Source: Eledone cirrhosa | Taxonomy: Eukaryota | DNA length: 64,000 nt | Direction: 5' to 3' | NCBI GenBank assembly: GCA_964016885.1 | Contig: OZ024742.1 | Coordinates: forward strand, 363,940,001 to 364,004,000 | Shown: positions 29,801-42,550 of the stretch, one piece after another | Layout: each line of letters opens with the position of its first letter | How positions within the stretch are numbered: position 1 is the stretch's first letter | Made by a program: the position numbers and the translations under genes | Notes under the pieces: model-generated | What the model saw: only the letters and a program-made list of their open reading frames with translations | Told to the model about the DNA's origin: nothing | The model's database searches: none

Positions 29801-32800
29801 GCACAACAGCTGTGTTATGTGTGTAGGATGGTAAGACACACGTGGACAGCAGCACAACAGCTGTGTTATGTGTGTAGGAAGGTAAGACACGCGTGGACAG
29901 CAACACAACAGCTGTGTTATGTGTGTAGGATGGTAAGACACACGTGGACAGCAGCACAACAGCCGTGTTATGTGTGTGGATTGGTAAGACACACGTAGAC
30001 AGTAGCACAACAGCCGTGTTATGTGTGTAGATTGGTAAGACACACGTGGACAGCAGCACAACAGCTGTGTTATGTGTGTAGGATGGTAAGACACACGTGG
30101 ACAGCAGCACAACAGCCGTGTTATGTGTGTAGGATGGTAAGACACACGTGGACAGCAACACAACAGCTGTGTTATGTGTGTATGATGGTAAGACACACGT
30201 GGACAGCTACACAACAGCTGTGTTATGTGTGTAGGAAGGTAAGACACGCGTGGACAGCAGCACAACAGCTGTGTTGTGTGTGTAGGATGTTAAGACACAC
30301 GTGGACAGCAACACAACAGCCGTGTTATGTGTGTAGGATGGTAAGACACACGTGGACAGCAACACAACAGCCGTGTTATGTGTGTAGGAAGGTAAGACAC
30401 CCGTGGATAGCAACACAACAGCTGTGTTATGTGTGCATGATGGTAAGACACACGTGGACAGCAACACAACAGCTGTGTTATGTGTGTAGGTAGGTAAGAC
30501 ACACGTGGACAGCTGCACAACAGCTGTGTTATGTGTGTAGGTAGGTAAGACACGCGTGGACAGCAGCACAACAGCTGTGTTGTGTGTGTAGGATGTTAAG
30601 ACACACGTGGACAGCAACACAACAGCCGTGTTATGTGTGTAGGATGGTAAGACACACGTGGACAGCAACACAACAGCCGTGTTATGTGTGTAGGAAGGTA
30701 AGACACACGTGGACAGCCGCACAACAGCTGTGTTATGTGTGTAGGATGGTAAGACACACGTGGACAGCAGCACAACAGCTGTGTTATGTGTGTAGGATGG
30801 TAAGACACACGTGGACAGCAGCACAACAGCTGTGTTATGTGTGTAGGAAGGTAAGACACGCGTGGACAGCAACACAACAGCTGTGTTATGTGTGTAGGAT
30901 GGTAAGACACACGTGGACAGCAGCACAACAGCCGTGTTATGTGTGTGGATTGGTAAGACACACGTGGACAGTAGCACAACAGCCGTGTTATGTGTGTAGA
31001 TTGGTAAGACACACGTGGACAGCAGCACAAAAGCTGTGTTATGTGTGTAGGATGGTAAGACACACGTGGACAGCAGCACAACAGCCGTGTTATGTGTGTA
31101 GGATGGTAAGACACACGTGGATAGCAACACAACAGCCGTGTTATGTGTGTAGGATGGTAAGACACACGTGGACAGCAACACAACAGCTGTGTTATGTGTG
31201 TAGGATGGTAAGACACACGTGGACAGCAGCATAACAGCTGTGTTATGTGTGTAGGAAGGTAAGACACCCGTGGATAGCAACACAACAGCTGTGTTATGTG
31301 TGTATGATGGTAAGACACACGTGGACAGCAGCACAACAGCTATGTTATGTGTGTAGGAAGGTAAGACACACGTGGACAGCAACACAACAGCTGTGTTATG
31401 TGTGTATAATGGTAAGACACACGTGGACAGCAACACAACAGCCGTGTTATGTGTGTAGGATGGTAAGACATACGTGGACAGCAGCGCAACAGCTGTGTTA
31501 TGTGTGTAGGAAGTTAAGACACACGTGGACAGCAGCACAACAGCTGTGTTATGTGTGTAAGATGGTAAGACACTTGGACAGCAGCACAACAGCTGTGTTA
31601 TGTGTGTAGAAAGGTAAGACACACGTGGACAGCAGCACAACTGCTCTGTTATGTGTGTAGGATGGTAAGACACACGTGGACAGTAGCACAACAGCTGTGT
31701 TATGTGTGTAGGATGGTAAGACACATTCACAGCAGCACAAGAGCTGTGTTATGTGTGTAGGAAGGTAAGACACCCGTGGATAGCAACACAACAGCTGTGT
31801 TATGTGTGCATGATGGTAAGACACACGTGGACAGCAACACAACAGCTGTGTTATGTGTGTAGGAAGGTAAGACACACGTGGACAGCAGCACAACAGCTGT
31901 GTTATGTGTGTAGGAAGGTAAGACACGCGTGGACAGCAGCACAACAGCTGTGTTGTGTGTGTAGGATGTTAAGACACACGTGGACAGCAACACAACAGCC
32001 GTGTTATGTGTGTAGGATGGTAAGACACACGTGGACAGCAACACAACAGCCGTGTTATGTGTGTAGGAAGGTAAGACACACGTGGACAGCCGCACAACAG
32101 TTGTGTTATGTGTGTAGGATGGTAAGACACACGTGGACAGCAGCACAACAGCTGTGTTATGTGTGTAGGAAGGTAAGACACGCGTGGACAGCAACACAAC
32201 AGCTGTGTTATGTGTGTAGGATGGTAAGACACACGTGGACAGCAGCACAACAGCCGTGTTATGTGTGTGGATTGGTAAGACACACGTAGACAGTAGCACA
32301 ACAGCCGTGTTATGTGTGTAGATTGGTAAGACACACGTGGACAGCAGCACAACAGCTGTGTTATGTGTGTAGGATGGTAAGACACACGTGGACAGCAGCA
32401 CAACAGCCGTGTTATGTGTGTAGGATGGTAAGACACACGTGGACAGCAACACAACAGCTGTGTTATGTGTGTATGATGGTAAGACACACGTGGACAGCAA
32501 CACAACAGCTGTGTTATGTGTGTAGGATGGTAAGACACACATGGAGAGCAGCACAGCAGCTGTGTTATGTGTGTATGATGGAAATACACGTGGATAGCAG
32601 CACAACATCTGTGTTATGTGTGTAGGAAGGTAAGACACACGTGGATAGCAACACAACAGCCGTGTTATGTGTGTAGGAAGGTAAGACACACGTGGATAGC
32701 AACACAACAGCCGTGTTATGTGTGTAGGATGGTAAGACACACGTGGATAGCAACACAACAGCCGTGTTATGTGTGTAGGATGGTAAGACACACGTGGACA

Positions 32801-33600
32801 GCAGCACAACAGCTGTGTTATGTGTGTAGGATGGTAAGACACACGTGGACAGCAGCACAACAGCCGTGTTATGTGTGTAGGATGGTAAGACACACGTGGA
32901 CAGCAACACAACAGCTGTGTTATGTGTGTATGATGGTAAGACACACGTGGACAGCAACACAACAGCTGTGTTATGTGTGTAGGATGGTAAGACACACATG
33001 GAGAGCAGCACAGCAGCTGTGTTATGTGTGTAGGATGGTAAGACACACGTGGACAGCAGCACAACAGGTATGTTATGTGTGTAGGAAGGTAAGACACACG
33101 TGGACAGCAACACAACAGCTGTGTTATGTGTGTATGATGGTAAGACACACGTGGACAGCAACACAACAGCCGTGTTATGTGTGTAGGATGGTAAGACATA
33201 CGCGGACAGCAGGGCAACAGCTGTGTTATGTGTGTAGGAAGTTAAGACACACGTGGACAGCAGCACAACAGCTGTGTTATGTGTGTAAGATGGTAAGACA
33301 CTTGGACAGCAGCATAACAGCTGTGTTATGTGTGTAGAAAGGTAAGGCACACGTGGACAGCAGCACAACTGCTCTGTTATGTGTGTAGGATGGTAAGACA
33401 CACGTGGACAGTAGCACAACAGCTGTGTTATGTGTGTAGGATGGTAAGACACACGTTCACAGCAGCACAAGAGCTGTGTTATGTGTGTAGGAAGGTAAGA
33501 CACCCGTGGATAGCAACACAACAGCTGTGTTATGTGTGCATGATGGTAAGACACACGTGGACAGCAACACAACAGCTGTGTTATGTGTGTAGGAAGGTAA
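20460..33600. repeat. Mosaic of overlapping multi-kb duplicated blocks (offsets 6,557, 6,360, 3,810 and 2,291 bp; short 304- and 355-bp tandem units at 23.7-25.3 kb)
   Basis: Matching ORF pairs: 20770/27327 and 21124/27681 (6,557); 25393/31753 and 26258/32618 (6,360); 22144/25954 and 22448/26258 (3,810); 27999/30290, 28956/31247 and 29462/31753 (2,291); 24532/24887 (355); 23716/24020 (304). Confidence 0.85.
27920..32500. repeat. Tandem pair of a 2,291-bp (45-monomer) higher-order unit
   Basis: Constant 2,291-bp offset (43x51 + 2x49). Shared rare variants include CACAAAAGCTG (~28735/~31026), TATAATGG (~29114/~31405) and the 49-bp GACAC[G/A]TTCAC monomer (~29430/~31720). Confidence 0.85.
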
Positions 33601-35959
33601 GACACACGTGGACAGCAGCACAGCAGCTGTGTTATGTGTGTAGGTAGGTAAGACACACGTGGACAGCAGTACAACATCCGTGTTATGTGTGTAGATTGGT
33701 AAGACATACGTGGACAGCAACACAACAGCTGTGTTATGTGTGTAGGATGGTAAGACACACGTGGACAGCAGCACAACAGCTGTGTTATGTGTGTAGGATG
33801 GTAAGACACACGTGGACAGCAACACAACAGCTGTGTTATGTGTGTAGGATGGTAAGACACACGTGGACAGCAACACAACAGCCGTGTTATGTGTGTAGGA
33901 TGGTAAGACACATGTGGACAGCAGCACAAAAGCCGTGTTATGTGTGTAGGATGGTAAGACACACGTGGACAGCAACACAACAGCTGTGTTATGTGTGTAG
34001 ATTGGTAAGACACACGTGGACAGCAGCACAACAGCCGTGTTATGTGTGTAGGATGGTAAGACACACGTGGACAGCAACACAACAACTTTGTTATGTGTGT
34101 AGGATGGTAAGACACACGTGGACAGCAACACAACAGCCGTGTTATGTGTGTAGGAAGGTAAGACACACGTGGACAGCAGCACAACAGCTGTGTTATGTGT
34201 GTAGGAAGGTAAGACTAACGTGGACAGCAATACAACAGCCGTGTTATGTGTGTAGGATGGTAAGACACACGTGCACAGAAACACAACAGCCGTGTTATGT
34301 GTGTAGGATGGTAAGACACACGTGGACTGCAACACAACAGCCGTGTTATGTGTGTAGGAAGGTAAGACACACGTGGACAGCCGCACAACAGCTGTGTTAT
34401 GTGTGTAGGAAGTTAAGACACACGTGGACAGCAGCACAACAGCTGTGTTATGTGTGTAAGATGGTAAGACACTTGGACAGCAGCACAACAGCTGTGTTAT
34501 ATGTGTAAGATGGTAAGACACACGTGGACAGCAGCACAACAGCTGTGTTATGTGTGTAGGATGGTAAGACACACGTGGACAGCAGCACAACAGCCGTGTT
34601 ATGTGTGTAGGATGGTAAGACACACGTGGACAGCAACACAACAGCTGTGTTATGTGTGTATGATGGTAAGACACACGTGGACAGCAACACAACAGCTGTG
34701 TTATGTGTGTAGGATGGTAAGACACACAAGGAGAGCAGCACAACAGCTGTGTTATGTGTGTATGATGGAAATACACGTGGATAGCAGCACAACATCTGTG
34801 TTATGTGTGTAGGAAGGTAAGACTCACGTGGATAGCAACACAACAGCCGTGTTATGTGTGTAGGATGGTAAGACACACGTGGACAGCAGCGCAACAGCTG
34901 TGTTATGTGTGTAGGAAGGTAAGACACACGTGGACAGCAGCACAACAGCTGTGTTATGTGTGTAGGATGGTAAGACACACGTGGACAGCAACACAACAGC
35001 TGTGTTATGTGTGTAGGATGGTAAGACACACATGGAGAGCAGCACAACAGCTGTGTTATGTGTGTATGATGGAAATACACGTGGATAGCAGCACAACATC
35101 TGTGTTATGTGTGTAGGAAGGTAAGACACACGTGTATAGCAACACAACAGCCGTGTTATGTGTGTAGGATGGTAAGACACACGTGGACAGCAGCACAACA
35201 GCCGTGTTATGTGTGTAGGATGGTAAGACACACGTGGATAGCAACACAACAGCCGTGTTATGTGTGTAGGATGGTAAGACACACGTGGACAGCAGCACAA
35301 CAGCTGTGCTATGTGTGTAGGATGGTAAGACACACGTGGACAGCAGGATAACAGCTGTGTTATGTGTGTAGGAAGGTAAGACACCCGTGGATAGCAACAC
35401 AACACAGCTGTGTTATGTGTGTATGATGGTAAGACACACGTGGACAGCAGCACAACAGCTATGTTATGTGTGTAGGAAGGTAAGACACACGTGGACAGCA
35501 ACACAACAGCGGTGTTATGTGTGTAGGAAGGTAAGACACACGTGGACATCAGCACAACAGCTGTGTTATGTGTGTATGATGGTAAGACACACGTGGACAA
35601 CAACCCAACAGCCGTGTTATGTGTGTAGGATGGTAAGACACACGTGGACAGCAGCGCAACAGCTGTGTTATGTGTGTAGGAAGTTAAGACACACGTGGAC
35701 AGCAGCACAACAGCTGTGTTATGTGTGTAAGATGGTAAGACACTTGGACAGCAGCACAACAGCTGTGTTATGTGTGTAGAAAGGTAAGACACACGTGGAC
35801 AGCAGCACAACTGCTCTGTTATGTGTGTAGGATGGTAAGACACACGTGGACATTAGCCCAACAGCTGTGTTATGTGTGTAGGATGGTAAGACACACGTTC
35901 ACGGCAGCACAAGAGCTGTGTTATGTGTGTAGGAAGGTATGACACCCGTGGATAGCAAC

Positions 35960-38900
35960 ACAACAGCTGTGTTATGTGTGTATGATGGTAAGACACACGT
36001 GGACAGCAACACAACAGCTGTGTTATGTGTGTAGGAAGGTAAGACACACGTGGACAGCAGCACAGCAGCTGTGTTATGTGCGTAGGATGGTAAGACACAC
36101 GTGGACAGCAGCACAAAAGCCGTGTTATGTGTGTAGGATGGTAAGACACACGTGGACAGCAACACAACAACTTTGTTATGTGTATAGGATGGTAAGACAC
36201 ACGTGGACAGCAGCACAAAAGCCGTGTTATGTGTGTAGGATGGTAAGACATACGTGGACAGCAACACAACAGCTGTGTTATGTGTATAGGATGGTAAGAC
36301 ACACGTGGACAGCAGCACAACAGCTGTGTTATCTGTGTAGGATGGTAAGACACACGTGGACAGCAACACAACAGCTGTGTTATGTGTGTAGGATGGTAAG
36401 ACACACGTGGACAGCAGCACAAAAGCCGTGTTATGTGTGTAGGATGGTAAGACACACGTGGACAGCAACACAACAGCTGTGTTATGTGTGTAGATTGGTA
36501 AGACACACGTGGACAGCAGCACAACAGCCGTGTTATGTGTGTAGGATGGTAAGACACACGTGGACAGCAACACAACAACTTTGTTATGTGTGTAGGATGG
36601 TAAGACACACGTGGACAGCAACACAACAGCCGTGTTATGTGTGTAGGAAGGTAAGACACACGTGGACAGCAGCACAACAGCTGTGTTATGTGTGTAGGAA
36701 GGTAAGACTAACGTGGACAGCAACACAACAGCCGTGTTATGTGTGTAGGAAGGTAAGACACACGTGGACAGCCGCACAACAGCTGTGTTATGTGTGTAGG
36801 ATGGTAAGACACACGTGGACAGCAGCACAACAGCTGTGTTATGTGTGTAGGAAGGTAAGACACAATTGGACAGTAGCACAACAGCCGTGTTATGTGTGTA
36901 GATTGGTAAGACACACGTGGACAGCAACACAACAGCTGTGTTATGTGTGTAGGATGGTAAGACACACGTGGACAGCAGCACAACAGCTGTGTTATGTGTG
37001 TAGGATGGTAAGACACACGTGGACAGCAGCACAACAACTGTGTTATGTGTGTAGGATGGTAAGACACACGTGGACAGCAACACAACAGCTGTGTTATGTG
37101 TGTATCATGGTAAGACACACGTGGACAGCAACACAACAGCTGTGTTATGTGTGTAGGATGGTAAGAGACACAAGGAGAGAAGCACAACAGCTGTGTTATG
37201 TGTGTATGATGGAAATACACGTGGATAGCAGCACAACATCTGTGTTATGTGTGTAGGAAGGTAAGACACACGTGGACAGCAGCACAACAGCTGTGTTATG
37301 TGTGTAGGATGGTAAGACACACGTGGAGAGCCGCACAACAGCTGTGTTATGTGTGTAGGATGGTAAGACACACGTGGACAGCAGCACAACAGCTGTGTTA
37401 TGTGTGTAGGAAGGTAAGACACGCGTGGACAGCAGCACAACAGCTGTGTTATGTGTGTAGGAAGGTAAGATACACGTGGACAGCAACACAACAGCTGTGT
37501 TATATGTGTAGGATGGTAAAACACACGTGGACAGCAGCACAACAGCCGTGTTATGTGTGCAGGATGGTAAGACACACGTGGACAGCAGTACAGCAGCTGT
37601 GTTATGTGTGTAGGTAGGTAAGACACACGTGGACAGCAGTACAACATCCGTGTTATGTGTGTAGGATGGTAAGACACACGTGGACAGCAACACAACAGCC
37701 GTGTTATGTGTGTAGGATGGTAAGACACACGTGGACAGCAACACAACAGCCGTGTTATGTGTGTAGGATGGTAAGACACACGTGGACAGCAGCACAAAAG
37801 CCGTGTTATGTGTGTAGGATGGTAAGGCACACGTGGACAGCAACACAACAGCTGTGTTATGTGTGTAGATTGGTAAGACACACGTGGACAGCAGCACAAC
37901 AGCCGTGTTATGTGTGTAGGATGGTAAGACACACGTGGACAGCAACACAACAACTTTGTTATGTGTGTAGGATGGTAAGACAAACGTGGACAGCAACACA
38001 ACAGCCGTGTTATGTGTGTAGGAAGGTAAGACACACGTGGACAGCAGCACAACAGCTGTGTTATGTGTGTAGGAAGGTAAGACTAACGTGGACAGCAATA
38101 CAACAGCCGTGTTATGTGTGTAGGATGGCAAGACACACGTGCACAGCAACACAACAGCCGTGTTATGTGTGTAGGATGGTAAGACACACGTGGACAGCAA
38201 CACACAGCCGTGTTATGTGTGTAGGAAGGTAAGACACAATTGGACAGCAGTACAACATCCGTGTTATGTGTGTAGATTGGTAAGACATACGTGGACAGCA
38301 ACACAACAGCTGTGTTATGTGTGTAGGATGGTAAGACACACGTGGACAGCAACACAACAGCTGTGTTATGTGTGTAGGAAGGTAAGACACACGTGGACAG
38401 CCGCACAACAGCTGTGTTATGTGTGTAGGATGGTAAGACACACGTGGACAGCAGCACAACAGCTTTGTTATGTGTGTAGGAAGGTAAGACACAATTGGAC
38501 AGCAGTACAACATCCGTGTTATGTGTGTAGATTGGTAAGACATACGTGGACAGCAACACAACAGCTGTGTTATGTGTGTAGGATGGTAAGACACACGTGG
38601 ACAGCAACACAACAGCTGTGTTATGTGTGTAGGATGGTAAGACACACGTGGACAGCAGCACAACAGCTGTGTTATGTGTGTAGGAAGGTAAGACACGAGT
38701 GGACAGCAGCACAACAGCTGTGTTATGTGTGTATGATGGTAAGACACACGTGGACAGCAACACAACAGCTGTGTTATGTGTGTAGGAAGGTAAGACACAC
38801 GTGGACAGCAGCACAGCAGCTGTGTTATGTGTGTAGGATGGTAAGACACACGTGGACAGCAGCACAAAAGCCGTGTTATGTGTGTAGGATGGTAAGACAC

Positions 38901-41900
38901 ACGTGGACAGCAACACAACAACTTTGTTATGTGTATAGGATGGTAAGACACACGTGGACAGCAGCACAAAAGCCGTGTTATGTGTGTAGGATGGTAAGAC
39001 ATACGTGGACAGCAACACAACAGCTGTGTTATGTGTATAGGATGGTAAGACACACGTGGACAGCAGCACAACAGCTGTGTTATCTGTGTAGGATGGTAAG
39101 ACACACGTGGACAGCAACACAACAGCTGTGTTATGTGTGTAGGATGGTAAGACACACGTGGACAGCAGCACAAAAGCCGTGTTATGTGTGTAGGATGGTA
39201 AGACACACGTGGACAGCAACACAACAGCTGTGTTATGTGTGTAGATTGGTAAGACACACGTGGACAGCAGCACAACAGCCGTGTTATGTGTGTAGGATGG
39301 TAAGACACACGTGGACAGCAACACAACAACTTTGTTATGTGTGTAGGATGGTAAGACACACGTGGACAGCAACACAACAGCCGTGTTATGTGTGTAGGAA
39401 GGTAAGACACACGTGGACAGCAGCACAACAGCTGTGTTATGTGTGTAGGAAGGTAAGACTAACGTGGACAGCAACACAACAGCCGTGTTATGTGTGTAGG
39501 AAGGTAAGACACACGTGGACAGCCGCACAACAGCTGTGTTATGTGTGTAGGATGGTAAGACACACGTGGACAGCAGCACAACAGCTGTGTTATGTGTGTA
39601 GGAAGGTAAGACACAATTGGACAGTAGCACAACAGCCGTGTTATGTGTGTAGATTGGTAAGACACACGTGGACAGCAACACAACAGCTGTGTTATGTGTG
39701 TAGGATGGTAAGACACACGTGGACAGCAGCACAACAGCTGTGTTATGTGTGTAGGATGGTAAGACACACGTGGACAGCAGCACAACAACTGTGTTATGTG
39801 TGTAGGAAGGTAAGACACGAGTGGACAGCAGCACAACAGCTGTGTTATGTGTGTATGATGGTAAGACACACGTGGACAGCAACACAACAGCTGTGTTATG
39901 TGTGTAGGAAGGTAAGACACACGTGGACAGCAGCACAGCAGCTGTGTTATGTGTGTAGGATGGTAAGACACACGTGGACAGCAGCACAAAAGCCGTGTTA
40001 TGTGTGTAGGATGGTAAGACACACGTGGACAGCAACACAACAACTTTGTTATGTGTATAGGATGGTAAGACACACGTGGACAGCAGCACAAAAGCCGTGT
40101 TATGTGTGTAGGATGGTAAGACATACGTGGACAGCAACACAACAGCTGTGTTATGTGTATAGGATGGTAAGACACACGTGGACAGCAGCACAACAGCTGT
40201 GTTATCTGTGTAGGATGGTAAGACACACGTGGACAGCAACACAACAGCTGTGTTATGTGTGTAGGATGGTAAGACACACGTGGACAGCAGCACAAAAGCC
40301 GTGTTATGTGTGTAGGATGGTAAGACACACGTGGACAGCAACACAACAGCTGTGTTATGTGTGTAGATTGGTAAGACACACGTGGACAGCAGCACAACAG
40401 CCGTGTTATGTGTGTAGGATGGTAAGACACACGTGGACAGCAACACAACAACTTTGTTATGTGTGTAGGATGGTAAGACACACGTGGACAGCAACACAAC
40501 AGCCGTGTTATGTGTGTAGGAAGGTAAGACACACGTGGACAGCAGCACAACAGCTGTGTTATGTGTGTAGGAAGGTAAGACTAACGTGGACAGCAACACA
40601 ACAGCCGTGTTATGTGTGTAGGAAGGTAAGACACACGTGGACAGCCGCACAACAGCTGTGTTATGTGTGTAGGATGGTAAGACACACGTGGACAGCAGCA
40701 CAACAGCTGTGTTATGTGTGTAGGAAGGTAAGACACAATTGGACAGTAGCACAACAGCCGTGTTATGTGTGTAGATTGGTAAGACACACGTGGACAGCAA
40801 CACAACAGCTGTGTTATGTGTGTAGGATGGTAAGACACACGTGGACAGCAGCACAACAGCTGTGTTATGTGTGTAGGATGGTAAGACACACGTGGACAGC
40901 AGCACAACAACTGTGTTATGTGTGTAGGATGGTAAGACACACGTGGACAGCAACACAACAGCTGTGTTATGTGTGTATGATGGTAAGACACACGTGGACA
41001 GCAACACAACAGCTGTGTTATGTGTGTAGGATGGTAAGACACACGTGGATAGCAGCACAACATCTGTGTTATGTATGTAGGAAGGTAAGACACACGTGGA
41101 CAGCAGCACAACAGCTGTGTTATGTGTGTAGGATGGTAAGACACACGTGGAGAGCCGCACAACAGCTGTGTTATGTGTGTAGGATGGTAAGACACACGTG
41201 GACAGCAGCACAACAGCTGTGTTATGTGTGTAGGAAGGTAAGACACGCGTGGACAGCAGCACAACAGCTGTGTTATGTGTGTAGGAAGGTAAGATACACG
41301 TGGACAGCAACACAACAGCTGTGTTATATGTGTAGGATGGTAAAACACACGTGGACAGCAGCACAACAGCCGTGTTATGTGTGCAGGATGGTAAGACACA
41401 CGTGGACAGCAATACAGCAGCTGTGTTATGTGTGTAGGTAGGTAAGACACACGTGGACAGCAGTACAACATCCGTGTTATGTGTGTAGGATGGTAAGACA
41501 CACGTGGACAGCAACACAACAGCCGTGTTATGTGTGTAGGATGGTAAGACACACGTGGACAGCAACACAACAGCCGTGTTATGTGTGTAGGATGGTAAGA
41601 CACACGTGGACAGCAGCACAAAAGCCGTGTTATGTGTGTAGGATGGTAAGGCACACGTGGACAGCAACACAACAGCTGTGTTATGTGTGTAGATTGGTAA
41701 GACACACGTGGACAGCAGCACAACAGCCGTGTTATGTGTGTAGGATGGTAAGACACACGTGGACAGCAACACAACAACTTTGTTATGTGTGTAGGATGGT
41801 AAGACAAACGTGGACAGCAACACAACAGCCGTGTTATGTGTGTAGGAAGGTAAGACACACGTGGACAGCAGCACAACAGCTGTGTTATGTGTGTAGGAAG

Positions 41901-42550
41901 GTAAGACTAACGTGGACAGCAATACAACAGCCGTGTTATGTGTGTAGGATGGCAAGACACACGTGCACAGCAACACAACAGCCGTGTTATGTGTGTAGGA
42001 TGGTAAGACACACGTGGACAGCAACACACAGCCGTGTTATGTGTGTAGGAAGGTAAGACACAATTGGACAGCAGTACAACATCCGTGTTATGTGTGTAGA
42101 TTGGTAAGACATACGTGGACAGCAACACAACAGCTGTGTTATGTGTGTAGGATGGTAAGACACACGTGGACAGCAACACAACAGCTGTGTTATGTGTGTA
42201 GGAAGGTAAGACACACGTGGACAGCCGCACAACAGCTGTGTTATGTGTGTAGGATGGTAAGACACACGTGGACAGCAGCACAACAGCTTTGTTATGTGTG
42301 TAGGAAGGTAAGACACAATTGGACAGCAGTACAACATCCGTGTTATGTGTGTAGATTGGTAAGACATACGTGGACAGCAACACAACAGCTGTGTTATGTG
42401 TGTAGGATGGTAAGACACACGTGGACAGCAACACAACAGCTGTGTTATGTGTGTAGGATGGTAAGACACACGTGGACAGCAGCACAACAGCTGTGTTATG
42501 TGTGTAGGAAGGTAAGACACGAGTGGACAGCAGCACAACAGCTGTGTTAT
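35960..42550. repeat. A-B-A-A-B block arrangement; A is ~1,122 bp (22 monomers) and B is ~1.5-1.6 kb
   Basis: A markers (ACAACTTTG, TGTATAGG, TATCTGTG, GACTAACG, CACAATTGG) occur at ~36.0-37.1, 38.7-39.8 and 39.8-40.95 kb; ORF ends 39428/40550 differ by 1,122. B blocks are offset by 3,824 (37657/41481, 38190/42014) and share the 1-bp deletion AACACACAGCC. Confidence 0.88.

Noticed and set aside
34211-34222. GACTAAC variant resembling the spliceosomal branch point (also at ~36.7, 38.1, 39.5, 40.6, 41.9, 59.1, 60.6 and 63.0 kb)
   Set aside because: It overlaps the donor-like GTAAGA and occurs in few monomers, all explicable as copies of one two-base variant.
38190-41441. CYVC-x4-H repeat resembling a zinc knuckle or metallothionein; Cys-rich CCCP repeat on the minus strand resembling keratin-associated proteins
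   Set aside because: The spacing is C-x2-C-x4-H-x8-C, not the C-x2-C-x4-H-x4-C of a CCHC knuckle. The three common SNPs are all non-synonymous in this frame, and stops and frameshifts are freely amplified elsewhere in the array.
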